Shown in pieces: positions 9,712-20,089 of a stretch of 64,000 nt of DNA. The notes under the pieces were generated by a model. That model was given only the letters and a program-made list of their open reading frames with translations, did not search any database and was not told the origin of the DNA. A program made the position numbers and the translations under genes. The stretch is from Candidatus Omnitrophota bacterium. GTDB taxonomy: Bacteria > Omnitrophota > Gorgyraeia > B26-G9. The stretch covers positions 195,354 through 259,353 of the forward strand of contig JBDRJV010000007.1 of assembly GCA_043814605.1 (NCBI GenBank), read 5' to 3'. The first letter of the stretch is position 1, and the number at the start of each line of letters is the position of its first letter.

Positions 9712-11502
9712 ATGAATAAAAAATACATTAGAAATTTTTCAATAATTGCGCATATTGATCATGGTAAATCTACTTTAGCCGACCGTTTGCTGGAAATTAC
9801 GCAAACAATTGAAAAACGGGAATTTCATGACCAATTATTAGATGATATGGAATTAGAAAGGGAAAGGGGCATTACAATTAAAGCCTCAGCCGTAAGATTA
9901 ATATATCAAGCACAGGATGGGAAAAAATATCAGTTAAATCTTATTGATACGCCTGGCCATGTCGATTTCAGTTATGAAGTTGCTAAGTCTCTTTCTGCGT
10001 GTGAGGGTGCACTTTTACTGGTGGATGCGGTGCAGGGGATTGAAGCGCAAACTGTGGCTAATTATTATTTGGCATCTGAGCAGAAATTGAAGATAATTCC
10101 TGTGATTAATAAGATTGATTTGCCGCATGCGCAGCCAGAAATGATTAAGCATCAAATTCAAGATATCCTTTGTTTAGATGATGAACCGATTCTAACCAGT
10201 GCGAAAGAAGGAATTGGGTCGGAACAAATTTTAGAAGAAATAATCCATAAAATCCCACCGCCAGGGGGTAAAGAGGGTAATCCCTTACAAGCTTTGATTT
10301 TTGATTCGGTTTTTGATAATTATAAAGGCGTTATCGTATATGTGCGTATTGTTAATGGCCAGGTTAAGCCACGCATGCATATTCAGTTTATGGGTTCCGG
10401 CAAAAGGTTTGAGGTTTTAGAAACAGGGTTTTTTTCGCCAAAGATGGTAAAAGCCGATGAGCTTAATTGCGGGGAGGTCGGTTATATTTGCGGTAATATA
10501 AAAAATCCGGAAGAAGTTCTAATTGGCGATACAATTACTGATTTTAAAAATCCCGCCTTGAAAGCATTGCCGGGATTTAAAGAAAATCACCCGCTGGTTT
10601 TTTGCGGGCTATATCCTGTTAACAGTACGGATTTTGATAAACTTCGCGATGCTTTAAATAAATTAAAGTTAACAGATTTTGGTTTTATTTTCGAACCAGA
10701 AAGCAGTAGTTCTTTAGGGTTTGGTTTTAGATGCGGATTTTTAGGATTATTACATATGGATATTGTGCAAGAACGCTTAGAACGTGAATTTGAATTAAAT
10801 TTAGTAGCGACAACTCCCAGTGTGGTTTACCGTGTTTTAAAAAACACAGGGGAAGTCATTGATGTTGATAACCCCTCAAAATTTCCGGATCCTTCGCAAA
10901 TTCAGCATATTGAAGAGCCCTACATAAAATCGTTTATGATTGTTCCGAACGAATCTTTAGGGGTAGTACTAAGTTTAGCGCAGTCTAAAAGAGGGGTACA
11001 TTTAAATAAGGAATTTTTGGATGAAAAAAGAATGATGCTTACCTATGAATTTCCCTTAGCCGAGATTATTGTCGATTTTTATGACAAATTGAAATCTACA
11101 ACTAAAGGCTATGGATCTCTCGATTACGAATTTATTGGTTACCGTGTAACTAAACTTGTAAAATTAGATATTTTAATTAACGGAGAACCTTGTGATGCAC
11201 TTTCTTTTCTGGTGCATAAGGATGGAGCGCATTATAAGGGGCGTGAGGTAGTAAAAAAACTGCGTGAGGTTATTCCGCGTCAATTGTATGAGGTTGCTAT
11301 TCAAGCGGCAATCGGCTCGCGCGTAATTGCCCGGGAAACGGTTAAAGCTATGGGCAAAAATGTAACGGCAAAATGCTACGGCGGTGATATTACACGCAAG
11401 AGAAAGCTCTTAGAAAAACAAAAAATGGGGCGAAAAAGAATGAAACAATTTGGCCGCGTACAAATACCGCAAGAAGCATTTATGGCGGTACTTAAACTTT
11501 AA
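9712..11502 (+). CDS. lepA: Elongation factor 4 (LepA)
   Basis: 596 aa; G1 motif [17 protein letters not shown], and the LepA-specific C-terminal domain (…[26 protein letters not shown]…). Confidence 0.95.
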   Translation: MNKKYIRNFSIIAHIDHGKSTLADRLLEITQTIEKREFHDQLLDDMELERERGITIKASAVRLIYQAQDGKKYQLNLIDTPGHVDFSYEVAKSLSACEGALLLVDAVQGIEAQTVANYYLASEQKLKIIPVINKIDLPHAQPEMIKHQIQDILCLDDEPILTSAKEGIGSEQILEEIIHKIPPPGGKEGNPLQALIFDSVFDNYKGVIVYVRIVNGQVKPRMHIQFMGSGKRFEVLETGFFSPKMVKADELNCGEVGYICGNIKNPEEVLIGDTITDFKNPALKALPGFKENHPLVFCGLYPVNSTDFDKLRDALNKLKLTDFGFIFEPESSSSLGFGFRCGFLGLLHMDIVQERLEREFELNLVATTPSVVYRVLKNTGEVIDVDNPSKFPDPSQIQHIEEPYIKSFMIVPNESLGVVLSLAQSKRGVHLNKEFLDEKRMMLTYEFPLAEIIVDFYDKLKSTTKGYGSLDYEFIGYRVTKLVKLDILINGEPCDALSFLVHKDGAHYKGREVVKKLREVIPRQLYEVAIQAAIGSRVIARETVKAMGKNVTAKCYGGDITRKRKLLEKQKMGRKRMKQFGRVQIPQEAFMAVLKL

Positions 11503-11559
11503 GGGAATGCTTTTATAAATTTAGCAATGTGAAAATATAAGTAAAAGGAGAAAATTTTA

Positions 11560-12120
11560 ATGTTCCTAAAAATCAAAACATTTTTTAATAATCATAAGCA
11601 AGATATTCGCGAATATGCAGAATCCTTATTAATCGCATTTGTTTTAGCTATGGTTATTCGGGCATTTGTAGTACAAGCGTTTAAAATCCCCACTGGCTCA
11701 ATGATTCCTACGCTGATTGAGGAAGACAGAATTTTGGTTAACAAATTTATTTATTGGTTTCGGCCCCCGGAACGGGGTGAAGTTATTGTTTTTAAGTATC
11801 CGGAAGATACTAGTCTGGCATTTATAAAAAGATTAATTGGGTGTGCAGAAGAAGAATTAGAGATAAAAAATGGAAAAATTTTTATTAATAATGAAAAAAT
11901 TTTAAATACGAAAATAAATTCTCGTTTTTATTATAACCGGGGCGATTTCGGGGGGATTGATCAAAAAATAAAAATTCCAAAAGACGCTTTGTATGTTTTA
12001 GGTGATAATAGCAATAATAGCCGAGATTCTAGATACTGGGGATTTGTGCCGAAAAAAAATTTGATCGGCAAGGCAATTTTAATTTATTGGCCGCTGCAGC
12101 GTATGCGTTTGATCGAATAA
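11560..12120 (+). CDS. lepB: Signal peptidase I
   Basis: 186 aa; catalytic-Ser box IPTGSMIPTL, Lys box FIKRLIG, and GDNSNNSRDSRYWGFV box E. Confidence 0.85.
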   Translation: MFLKIKTFFNNHKQDIREYAESLLIAFVLAMVIRAFVVQAFKIPTGSMIPTLIEEDRILVNKFIYWFRPPERGEVIVFKYPEDTSLAFIKRLIGCAEEELEIKNGKIFINNEKILNTKINSRFYYNRGDFGGIDQKIKIPKDALYVLGDNSNNSRDSRYWGFVPKKNLIGKAILIYWPLQRMRLIE

Positions 12121-12157
12121 CTAAGTTAATTTTTGAGTAAAGGATATTTTTAAACAT

Positions 12158-12715
12158 ATGAATTTAGCAAATTGGATTTCTATATTTAGAATAATTTTAA
12201 TCCCTATTTTTATTAGCACAATTGTTTATTATAGTCCGGGGAAGGATTACCTGCGTTTTTTAGCATTAATAATATTTGTTACTGCAGTTTTGAGTGATGG
12301 GATTGACGGTTATATTGCTCGGACAAAAAAGCTTAAGACCAGATTAGGATCTTTTCTCGATCCTTTAGCGGATAAATTATTACTGAGTTCAAGTTTTATT
12401 ACTCTGGCGCTGGCACACAATATTCCCCTGGAAATCCGTTTGCCCTTATGGGTGCCGATTCTTGTTTTATCACGCGATATAATTTTAACCTTAGGTTCTC
12501 TTTTAATTCACGTAATTACTGGTGATTTAAAAATTACGCCAAGTATTTTAGGTAAATTGACAACTTTTTTCCAGATGGTAACTATAGTTTGTATTCTTTT
12601 ACAATACCATTTTTCTTTTATTGTGTGGCACATTGCCGTATTCTTTACGATTGTTTCCGGCTTTGATTATATCATAAAAGGTAATAAGATTATCAGTGCT
12701 TATACGGATCATTAA
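12158..12715 (+). CDS. pgsA: CDP-alcohol phosphatidyltransferase (phosphatidylglycerophosphate synthase-like)
   Basis: 185 aa; CDP-OH P-transferase motif DGIDGYIAR…GSFLDPLADKLL; multiple TM helices. Confidence 0.8.
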   Translation: MNLANWISIFRIILIPIFISTIVYYSPGKDYLRFLALIIFVTAVLSDGIDGYIARTKKLKTRLGSFLDPLADKLLLSSSFITLALAHNIPLEIRLPLWVPILVLSRDIILTLGSLLIHVITGDLKITPSILGKLTTFFQMVTIVCILLQYHFSFIVWHIAVFFTIVSGFDYIIKGNKIISAYTDH

Positions 12716-12774
12716 ATTAAATTTAATTTTAAACTGAGATGTTGCTCAGAATAGCTAACAAAGGGCAAGGCGAT

Positions 12775-14085
12775 ATGAAAAATTTGGTAGTAATAATCGG
12801 GCGGCCGAATGTGGGAAAATCTTGTTTATTTAACCGGTTTTTAGGTAAGCGTCGGGCAATTGTTGAATCAACCAGCGGTGTAACGCGGGACCGGGCTTAT
12901 GCGAGTGTGCAGTGGGGAAAAAAAGAATTTCAGCTTGTTGATACCGGCGGGATTCATTTTAAAACAAATTGTGCAATTACAAACGCAGTGTTCAGCCAAG
13001 CTCAAAAGGCATTAAAAGATGCTGATTTAATTTTATTAGTTGTTGATTGTAATTCCGGGATGGTTGTTCAAGATTATGAAATTATTGAATTTATGCGAAA
13101 ATTTAAAAAAAATGTCATTCTGGTTGTCAATAAAACTGACAATATGGTCAAAATTAATAATATTAATGAATTTTATAAGGCGGGTTTCGAGAAAGTTAAA
13201 TTTATTTCTGCATTGCACGGTTTAAATATTGACGAATTATGCGATGAAGTTGTTCAGGAATTAAACTTAGAAGATAATCAGAATCAGGCCGCTGATACCC
13301 TGTTAAAGGTGGCAATTATCGGGCGGCCGAATGTGGGAAAATCATCTTTTTTAAATAAATTATTAAAAGAAGAACGGGTGATTGTCGATGATATTCCCGG
13401 GACAACCCGCGATTCAATTGATAGTATCTTGACTTTAGATTCAGCGCGATATCTCATGATTGATACTGCGGGTATTCGGCACCGAAAGCGTCCACATACA
13501 GGAATTGATATTTTTTCCCGTTCCCGGACAATTGATTCGATAAAAAGAGCGGATATATGTATCGTGATCATTAATGCAAAAGAGGGTATAATGCGGGATG
13601 ACCTGCATATTTTTAACTTAATTAAAACAGAAGAAAAATGCTGTGTGATTGTTATTAATAAATGTGATTTAGTAAACTTAAAATTAGAGGACTGCTTATA
13701 CACTTTAAACAAAAAAGCTCCTTATATGAAATTCGCATTTTGTGTTTTATGTTCGGCTAAGAACGGCAAAAATATTAAATTTGCACTTAAATTAGTAACC
13801 CATGCCTGGGAAAATAGTCAGAAAAAAATAAAACAAAATAAACTGGCTAAAACATTAGAATTAATTAATACACACTTAAAACAAAAACATGCAGAAATAT
13901 CTTTAAAACTGCATTATTTGACACAAATTAAAATTAATCCGCCAACTTTTGTTTTGATTGTTAATCGACCGGAATTGGTAAAAGCGCAATTTTTAAGGTT
14001 TATGGAAAACTGGATAAGAAAGGACTATAATCTACAAGGAACTCCGATTCGTTTTGTAATTAAAAAGAAAAGGAGAAAAAAATAA
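12775..14085 (+). CDS. der: Ribosome-associated GTPase Der (EngA), tandem GTPase domains
   Basis: Two G-domains (GRPNVGKS twice; DTGG/DTAG) plus a KH-like C-terminus. Start chosen at ATG 12775 (MKNLVVIIGRPNVGKS; RBS AAGGGCAAGG upstream) rather than the ORF-track start 12739. Confidence 0.9.
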   Translation: MKNLVVIIGRPNVGKSCLFNRFLGKRRAIVESTSGVTRDRAYASVQWGKKEFQLVDTGGIHFKTNCAITNAVFSQAQKALKDADLILLVVDCNSGMVVQDYEIIEFMRKFKKNVILVVNKTDNMVKINNINEFYKAGFEKVKFISALHGLNIDELCDEVVQELNLEDNQNQAADTLLKVAIIGRPNVGKSSFLNKLLKEERVIVDDIPGTTRDSIDSILTLDSARYLMIDTAGIRHRKRPHTGIDIFSRSRTIDSIKRADICIVIINAKEGIMRDDLHIFNLIKTEEKCCVIVINKCDLVNLKLEDCLYTLNKKAPYMKFAFCVLCSAKNGKNIKFALKLVTHAWENSQKKIKQNKLAKTLELINTHLKQKHAEISLKLHYLTQIKINPPTFVLIVNRPELVKAQFLRFMENWIRKDYNLQGTPIRFVIKKKRRKK

Positions 14086-14086
14086 A

Positions 14087-14712
14087 ATGCAGATAATATC
14101 TATTTTTAAGGTTTTGGCGGGTATGTTGATTTGTTATTTATTAGGAGCGGTTCCTGTGGCTTACCTAATGGTTAAAGCATTAAAAGGAGTGGATATCCGT
14201 GATTATGGCAGTGGTAATGTCGGGGCAACAAATGCCGCACGCGTGATTGGCAAGCTGCCTGCATTAGCCGTATTATGTTTTGACCTGGTTAAAGGAATTA
14301 TTGCGGTTACCTTGATCAGTTTTATTTTTACTTCCCTGCCGGGTATTTCTGATGAAGGGATTAAAGCTTTATTTGGCTTGAGTGTAGTTTGCGGGCACAT
14401 TTTTAATGTGTTTTTAAATTTTAAAGCTGGTAAAGGGGAGCCACAAGTGTCGGGGTAATTTTTGCTTTGGCGCCTTTGCCGATGTTTATGGGCATAATTA
14501 TTTTTGTTTTACTGGTTTGGTTTTTTAGATATATTTCTTTAGGTTCAATTGTGGTGAGCATGTTTCTGCCGTTTATCATGTTTTGGTCACATTGTCATTA
14601 TGCTTACGTAATTTTAAGTGCAGTTTTGTCAGTGATTATAGTATTTAAACATAAATCTAACATAAAAAGATTAATTATAGGCCGGGAAAGAAAGGTTTTT
14701 GAAAAAAAATGA
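14087..14712 (+). pseudogene. plsY: Glycerol-3-phosphate acyltransferase PlsY, interrupted by a 1-nt frameshift in a G-run
   Basis: The N-terminal 117 aa (GSGNVGATNAAR…HIFNVFLNFKAGKG) are in one frame. The PlsY continuation (GATSVGVIFALAPLPMF…KHKSNIKRLIIG) is in the -1 frame, open from 14434. The frames meet at GGGG 14435-14438. A fifth G would restore an intact ~205-aa PlsY. Confidence 0.6.
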
Positions 14713-15737
14713 AGATATCGGTGATTGGCGATGGAGGATGGGGTACGGCATTAGCAATACTTTTGGCTAAAAATAAGCAAAAAGTTAGGTTATGGGGTGC
14801 ATTTGGTGATTATGTTAAAATGCTTAATAAGAAAAGAGAAAACATAAAGTTTTTGCCTGGCGTTAAAATTCCGAAGAGTATCGAAATCTCCGCAGATTTA
14901 GCTTATGTATGTATTGATGCGGAATTAATTATTCTTGCTGTGCCGTCACAATTTATGCGTATTATTTTAAAGAAAATATCTGATTATACAACAGCAGATA
15001 TGAAATTTTTAAGTGTCGCCAAAGGGATTGAATACAAAACATTACAATGTATGAGTGATGTTATTTATGAAGAGATCAGCCGAAAAATAAGGCAGGAAAA
15101 TCAAAGCGGAAAAAAAAGAAAAGAAGTGAACTTGGCTGTGCTTTCTGGCCCTAATATTGCTTATGAGGTTGCCCGCAATATACCTTCTGCTTGTGTGTGT
15201 GCTTCAAATAACAAAAAATTAGCACAAGCTGTGCAAAATATTTTAATCAGCCCGACTTTCAGAGTATATACAAGCAATGATGTTTTAGGGGTTGAACTAG
15301 CCGGGGCATTGAAAAATATTATTGCCATTGCCTGTGGAATCTCGGACGGTTTAGGTTTTGGCGCGAATACCAAAGCCGCATTACTTACACGCGGTTTAAA
15401 TGAGATTAGTAGCCTGGGTATAGCGATGGGAGCTAAATACAAAACATTTAGCGGGCTTTCGGGAATCGGCGATCTAGTAACAACATGTTTTAGTTTAAAA
15501 AGCCGTAATCGCTGGTTAGGAGAACAATTAGGTAAAGGCAAAACATTAATTAATGCACTTAAGGGTACTGAAATGGTTATGGAAGGGGTAATAACCACAA
15601 AAACAGCTTTAAAACTGGCGGATAAATATTCTGTAACTATGCCGATTACCTATGAAGTTTCCCGGGTTTTATTCCATAAAAAAAATCCGGTAGATGCGCT
15701 GAATTCATTAATGTTAAGAGAAAAAAAACAGGAATAA
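14709..15737 (+). CDS. gpsA: NAD(P)H-dependent glycerol-3-phosphate dehydrogenase
   Basis: 342 aa; Rossmann N-terminus MKISVIGDGGWGTALA and the conserved SKGIE, LSGPN(I)A and GDLVTTC motifs. Confidence 0.9.
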   Translation: MKISVIGDGGWGTALAILLAKNKQKVRLWGAFGDYVKMLNKKRENIKFLPGVKIPKSIEISADLAYVCIDAELIILAVPSQFMRIILKKISDYTTADMKFLSVAKGIEYKTLQCMSDVIYEEISRKIRQENQSGKKRKEVNLAVLSGPNIAYEVARNIPSACVCASNNKKLAQAVQNILISPTFRVYTSNDVLGVELAGALKNIIAIACGISDGLGFGANTKAALLTRGLNEISSLGIAMGAKYKTFSGLSGIGDLVTTCFSLKSRNRWLGEQLGKGKTLINALKGTEMVMEGVITTKTALKLADKYSVTMPITYEVSRVLFHKKNPVDALNSLMLREKKQE

Positions 15738-15896
15738 TTAATGTTTTAAGTTCGAGTTATTTTATACACAGAACTTGCCAAAATCAATTTATTCCTGAGG
15801 TATTAGAAATTTGGGAGAATATTTTGCTTGAATTTTTAGGAATTCTGTAGTAGTGTAGGTTCTAACTTGCTGTATTCATAGACAATAGAGAAATGA

Positions 15897-15974
15897 CGGG
15901 GCGTGGCGCAGTTTGGCTAGCGCGCTTGAATGGGGTTCAAGAGGTCGGTGGTTCAAGTCCACTCGCCCCGACCA
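15897..15974 (+). tRNA. tRNA-Pro (anticodon GGG), CCA encoded
   Basis: Manually folded cloverleaf. 7-bp acceptor stem (CGGGGCG/CGCCCCG, with C1-G72 as is typical for bacterial tRNA-Pro), U8, 4-bp D-stem, 5-bp anticodon stem CUUGA/UCAAG with loop AU-GGG-GU, 5-nt variable loop, T-arm GGUGG-UUCAAGU-CCACU, discriminator A and 3' CCA. Confidence 0.88.
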
Positions 15975-16005
15975 GATAACTGAATCATTAATAAATTTTA
16001 ACATT

Positions 16006-16452
16006 ATGAAAAACCAGGAGTTAAAGGTAAGCCAAAAAATAAATTTTAAAGAGCAACGGAAATTTGTCCGGATCGATGCAAATTTTGTAGTAAGCTATTA
16101 TATTTATCCGAAACATATTAAAGAAACAGATATGACCCTAACTCGTAATTTAAGTTTAGGAGGGATTTGTTTTACCACGGATAAACATTTTCCTCCGGGG
16201 ATAATTTTGCAGATTACTTTAAGATTGCCTAAAATCTCTCATCTTGTTAAAATTTTAGGTGAAGTGGTTTATGTAAAACAGGAAAAAAATAAAAAAATAC
16301 TTTTTGATATCGGAATTAAATTTGTACAAATCAAAGAAGAAGATATTGTTACGCTTGAGGAAATAATTAATAATTGTGCTTCAGAGCTTAAAAAAATTAA
16401 TTTTAATCTTCAAAAAAAGAAAAAAAAAGAAAAAAGAAATGAAAATCATTAA
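16006..16452 (+). CDS. PilZ domain protein (putative c-di-GMP binding)
   Basis: PilZ signature motifs RxxxR (EQRKFVRID) and D/NxSxGG (TRNLSLGGICFTT). Start set to ATG 16006, because the ORF-track start 15913 lies inside the tRNA. The Lys-rich tail overlaps the hom start. Confidence 0.6.
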   Translation: MKNQELKVSQKINFKEQRKFVRIDANFVVSYYIYPKHIKETDMTLTRNLSLGGICFTTDKHFPPGIILQITLRLPKISHLVKILGEVVYVKQEKNKKILFDIGIKFVQIKEEDIVTLEEIINNCASELKKINFNLQKKKKKEKRNENH

Positions 16453-17734
16453 TGTGGGATTAATAGGGCTGGGGACAGTCGGTTGCGGAGTAGTTAAGGT
16501 TTTTGAGAAAAAATCGGAGATTCTCCAAAAAAAGCTGGGGATTAAGCTGGTTTTAAAACGTATCTGTGATATTGATTTAACCCGCCCCAGAGATGTGAAT
16601 ATTGACTCTAATATTTTAACCTCAGATGTAAATCAATTACTTGAGGATGACCAAATTCAAATTATTATTGAATTAATCGGTGGAATTCATCCGGCGAAGA
16701 GTTATGTTGTTCGCGCCTTAAAAAATAAAAAATATGTAGTTACAGCCAATAAAGCTCTTTTAGCCGAAGCCGGGGAAGAGATCTTTAATATTGCCCGTGA
16801 GAATGCAGTGGACGTGTATTTTGAAGCTAGTGTGGGTGGCGGCATACCGATTATCAAGGCATTAAAAGAAGGGTTTGTGGCTAATCAGGTTGAAGGAATA
16901 TTCGGAATAATTAACGGCACAAGTAATTATATTCTTACCCAAATGTCTCAAAAGGGATGTGAATTTAAAATTGCTTTAACTGAGGCACAAAAAAAAGGTT
17001 ATGCAGAGAAGGATCCCACTTTAGATATTGACGGGCTGGATTCGGCGCATAAAATAGCAATTTTAGCCCAACTCTGCTTTAACCAATCTATCCAGACAAA
17101 AGATGTTTTTGTGGAGGGGATCAGAGATATTGATTTAAGTGATATTAGATATGCAGATGAACTGGGGTTTTGTGTGAAACTTTTAGCAATTGCAAAAAAA
17201 AACGGTAATGAATTACAATTGCGGGTGCATCCCACACTTTTATCAAAAAGGAGTTTATTGGCTAAAATTAATGGCGTATATAATGCAATTTTAATTAATG
17301 CAGATTTAGTCGGAGAATGCTTGTTCTACGGCCAGGGAGCCGGGCAAGCACCGACGGCAAGCGCGGTAATGAGCGATATAGTATGTGTGGCTATGAATAT
17401 ATCCGGCGAAATTTTGGCGGATAAAAATATCCCCGAAATAAAAAATAGCACAGAAAAAATTTCGTCAATTGATGATCTGGAAACCCGCTATTATATGCGG
17501 TTTGCGGCATTGGATGAGCCGGCGGTTTTATCCAGTATTGCCACAATACTGGGTAAATTCGGAATAAGCATTCATAGTGTCATACAAAAAGGCAGACGTC
17601 AGGAGCAGGCTGTGCCGATTGTGATGATGACACATGAAGCAAAAGAAAACAATTTAAAAAAGGCATTAGTTGAAATTGATCAACTACCCGTAATAAAAAG
17701 GAAAACTGTAGTTATCCGGGTAGAAAGAAATTGA
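16439..17734 (+). CDS. hom: Homoserine dehydrogenase
   Basis: NAD-binding N-terminus MKIINVGLIGLGTVGCG, catalytic domain (…AEKDPTLDIDGLDSAHKIAILA…) and a C-terminal ACT domain. Start chosen at 16439. Confidence 0.9.
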   Translation: MKIINVGLIGLGTVGCGVVKVFEKKSEILQKKLGIKLVLKRICDIDLTRPRDVNIDSNILTSDVNQLLEDDQIQIIIELIGGIHPAKSYVVRALKNKKYVVTANKALLAEAGEEIFNIARENAVDVYFEASVGGGIPIIKALKEGFVANQVEGIFGIINGTSNYILTQMSQKGCEFKIALTEAQKKGYAEKDPTLDIDGLDSAHKIAILAQLCFNQSIQTKDVFVEGIRDIDLSDIRYADELGFCVKLLAIAKKNGNELQLRVHPTLLSKRSLLAKINGVYNAILINADLVGECLFYGQGAGQAPTASAVMSDIVCVAMNISGEILADKNIPEIKNSTEKISSIDDLETRYYMRFAALDEPAVLSSIATILGKFGISIHSVIQKGRRQEQAVPIVMMTHEAKENNLKKALVEIDQLPVIKRKTVVIRVERN

Positions 17735-17758
17735 AAAATCAACAAGGAAAAGTAAAAA

Positions 17759-18829
17759 ATGCATGGGCAATACAGAGGTTTGATTCATAAGTATCGCGAG
17801 TATCTTCCTGTATCGGATAAAACGCCGATTGTGACATTGCAGGAAGGAAACACGCCATTAATTTTTGCTCCGAATGTTAGTAAATTAGTGGGAGCGAATG
17901 TAGAGGTTTATCTTAAATATGAGGGAGTTAATCCTACAGGATCTTTTAAGGATCGGGGCATGACTTTAGCGATCTCTAAGGCACGGGAAGCGGGTTCTTG
18001 TGCAGTTATGTGTGCTTCTACCGGAAATACTTCAGCTTCGGCTGCAGCTTATAGTGCCTGTTGCGGGCTTAAATGCATTGTTTTGATCCCAGAGGGATCT
18101 ATTGCTTTAGGAAAATTAGCGCAAGCACTTATTCACGGGGCTGAAGTTTTAGCAGTTGAGGGAAATTTTGACCAGGCATTAGAACTTGTGCGTCAAATTA
18201 CCGAAAAGTACCAGGTAACTTTAGTAAATTCGCTAAATCCTTTTCGGATTCAGGGCCAAAAAACCGGAGCATTTGAAATTTGTGATTATTTAGAACAATC
18301 TCCTGATTTTTTAGCTATTCCAGTAGGCAATGCCGGAAATATTACTGCGTATTGGCAGGGTTTTAAGGAATATTATGAGAAGTCATTAATTAAAAAATTA
18401 CCAAGAATGTTAGGGTTTCAGGCTGCAGGTTCTGCGCCGATAGTGCGGGGTGAAGTTGTTCCTGATCCGAAAACAATTGCTACAGCAATTAAAATTGGTA
18501 ATCCGGCTAGTTGGCGCCAAGCAGAAGCCGCGCGGGATGATTCAGGCGGGCTTATTGATCTGGTCAGTGATGAAGAGATTTTAGACGCTTATAAAATTCT
18601 TGCCCGGCAGGAAGGTATTTTTGTTGAACCAGCATCAGCAGCTTCGATTGCCGGAATTATTAAATTGTCTCATGCAGGGTTTTTTAAAAAATTAGGTAAG
18701 ATTAAAATTGCCTGTATTTTAACTGGTCATGGGTTAAAAGACCCGGATCGGGCGATAAAATGTATCCAAGCGCCTAAAATTATTCCGCCCACGCTGGAAG
18801 CAGTATTAGAGGAAACAGGTATAAAATAA
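17759..18829 (+). CDS. thrC: Threonine synthase
   Basis: 356 aa; PLP-lysine motif NPTGSFKDRGMT; fold-type II PLP enzyme architecture. Confidence 0.9.
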   Translation: MHGQYRGLIHKYREYLPVSDKTPIVTLQEGNTPLIFAPNVSKLVGANVEVYLKYEGVNPTGSFKDRGMTLAISKAREAGSCAVMCASTGNTSASAAAYSACCGLKCIVLIPEGSIALGKLAQALIHGAEVLAVEGNFDQALELVRQITEKYQVTLVNSLNPFRIQGQKTGAFEICDYLEQSPDFLAIPVGNAGNITAYWQGFKEYYEKSLIKKLPRMLGFQAAGSAPIVRGEVVPDPKTIATAIKIGNPASWRQAEAARDDSGGLIDLVSDEEILDAYKILARQEGIFVEPASAASIAGIIKLSHAGFFKKLGKIKIACILTGHGLKDPDRAIKCIQAPKIIPPTLEAVLEETGIK

Positions 18830-18868
18830 TTTTAACGTGATTAAAATTTAAATTAAAAAAATAAAAAA

Positions 18869-20089
18869 ATGAAAAATAAACGTAAAATAAAATATATAGT
18901 TTTAGTACCCGACGGAATGGCAGATTATCCATTAGAAGAATTAGGACAGCGTACGCCGCTTGAGGTTGCCAGAACTCCTAATATGGATAGTTTAGTACAA
19001 AAGGGCAGGATTGGACTATCCTCTTTTGTTCCCGAGGGGTTAACACCGGGAAGTGATGTGGCTAATTTAGCGATTTTTGGTTATGATCCTCAAAAATTTT
19101 ATTCCGGCCGCGCTTCTTTAGAAGCGGCAAATTTAGGGATTGATGTTAAGGATGACCAGATTGCGTTTCGCTGTAATTTTATTACGGAAGAAAATAATTT
19201 ACTGAGTGATTATAGTGCCGGGCATATTACGACAAAAGAAGCGCATGTTTTAATTAAGGTGCTTAATAAATATTTAGCTAATGATCAGCTGCGATTTTAC
19301 CCGGGAGTTAGTTATCGGCATTTAATGGTTATTTATAATCCCGGTAAAGAATTTCTAAAATTAAAATGCATACCGCCGCATGATATTATAGGTAAAAAAA
19401 TTTCTCAGTATTTACCGAAAGGTAAGGGTAAGGAAGAAATCCTGGAAATTATGATTAAATCGCAGGAAATTTTAAAAAATCATGAAATTAACCAGGTCAG
19501 GGTTGATTTAAAAGAAAATCCGGCAAATATGATTTGGCTGTGGGGCCAGGGTAAAAAAGTAGCCCTGCCTTCCTTTAAGACTAGATTTAATTTAGAAGGT
19601 TCAGTTATTTCAGCTGTAGATTTAATCAAAGGCATTGCTTGTTCCATTGGGCTTGAGCCAGTAAATGTACCTGGGGCAACCGGATATTATGATACAAATT
19701 ATGAAGCTAAGGCTGAGTATGCAATTAAAGAACTACACAATAAGGATTTTGTTTTTGTACATGTGGAAGCGCCGGATGAAGCTGGCCATAACGGAGATAC
19801 AAGAGAAAAAATTAAAGCAATTGAAAATTTTGATCGATATATTGTCAGCCGGGTTTTACAAGAGGCTGAAAACATGCCGAATATTCGTATATTAATCTGC
19901 CCGGATCATCCAACGCCGATTGCTTTAAAGACGCATACTGCTGATCCTGTGTGTTTTTTGATGTACGGACAGGGAATTTGTGCAGATAGCGCTCAGGTAT
20001 TCAATGAAAAAGAAGCTAAGCAAAGCAGTTTTATTTTTTCAAACGGGTTTGAATTAATGGAAACATTTATAAATAAAATTGAGATTTAA
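18869..20089 (+). CDS. apgM-family metalloenzyme (cofactor-independent phosphoglycerate mutase, archaeal-type); by context the proposed non-ThrB homoserine kinase
   Basis: 406 aa; N-terminus YIVLVPDGMADYPLEELGQRTPLEVARTPNMD and the C-terminal alkaline-phosphatase-like metal site (VHVEAPDEAGHNGD…PDHPTP) are typical of the apgM family. It lies immediately downstream of hom-thrC, and no thrB is present in the window. Confidence 0.7.
   Translation: MKNKRKIKYIVLVPDGMADYPLEELGQRTPLEVARTPNMDSLVQKGRIGLSSFVPEGLTPGSDVANLAIFGYDPQKFYSGRASLEAANLGIDVKDDQIAFRCNFITEENNLLSDYSAGHITTKEAHVLIKVLNKYLANDQLRFYPGVSYRHLMVIYNPGKEFLKLKCIPPHDIIGKKISQYLPKGKGKEEILEIMIKSQEILKNHEINQVRVDLKENPANMIWLWGQGKKVALPSFKTRFNLEGSVISAVDLIKGIACSIGLEPVNVPGATGYYDTNYEAKAEYAIKELHNKDFVFVHVEAPDEAGHNGDTREKIKAIENFDRYIVSRVLQEAENMPNIRILICPDHPTPIALKTHTADPVCFLMYGQGICADSAQVFNEKEAKQSSFIFSNGFELMETFINKIEI

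Noticed and set aside
15913-16005. ORF-track start of the PilZ-like ORF at 15913 (MASALEWGSRGRWFKSTRPDQ…)
   Set aside because: This N-terminal extension is simply the translation of the tRNA-Pro gene (15897-15974). The real start is the ATG at 16006.
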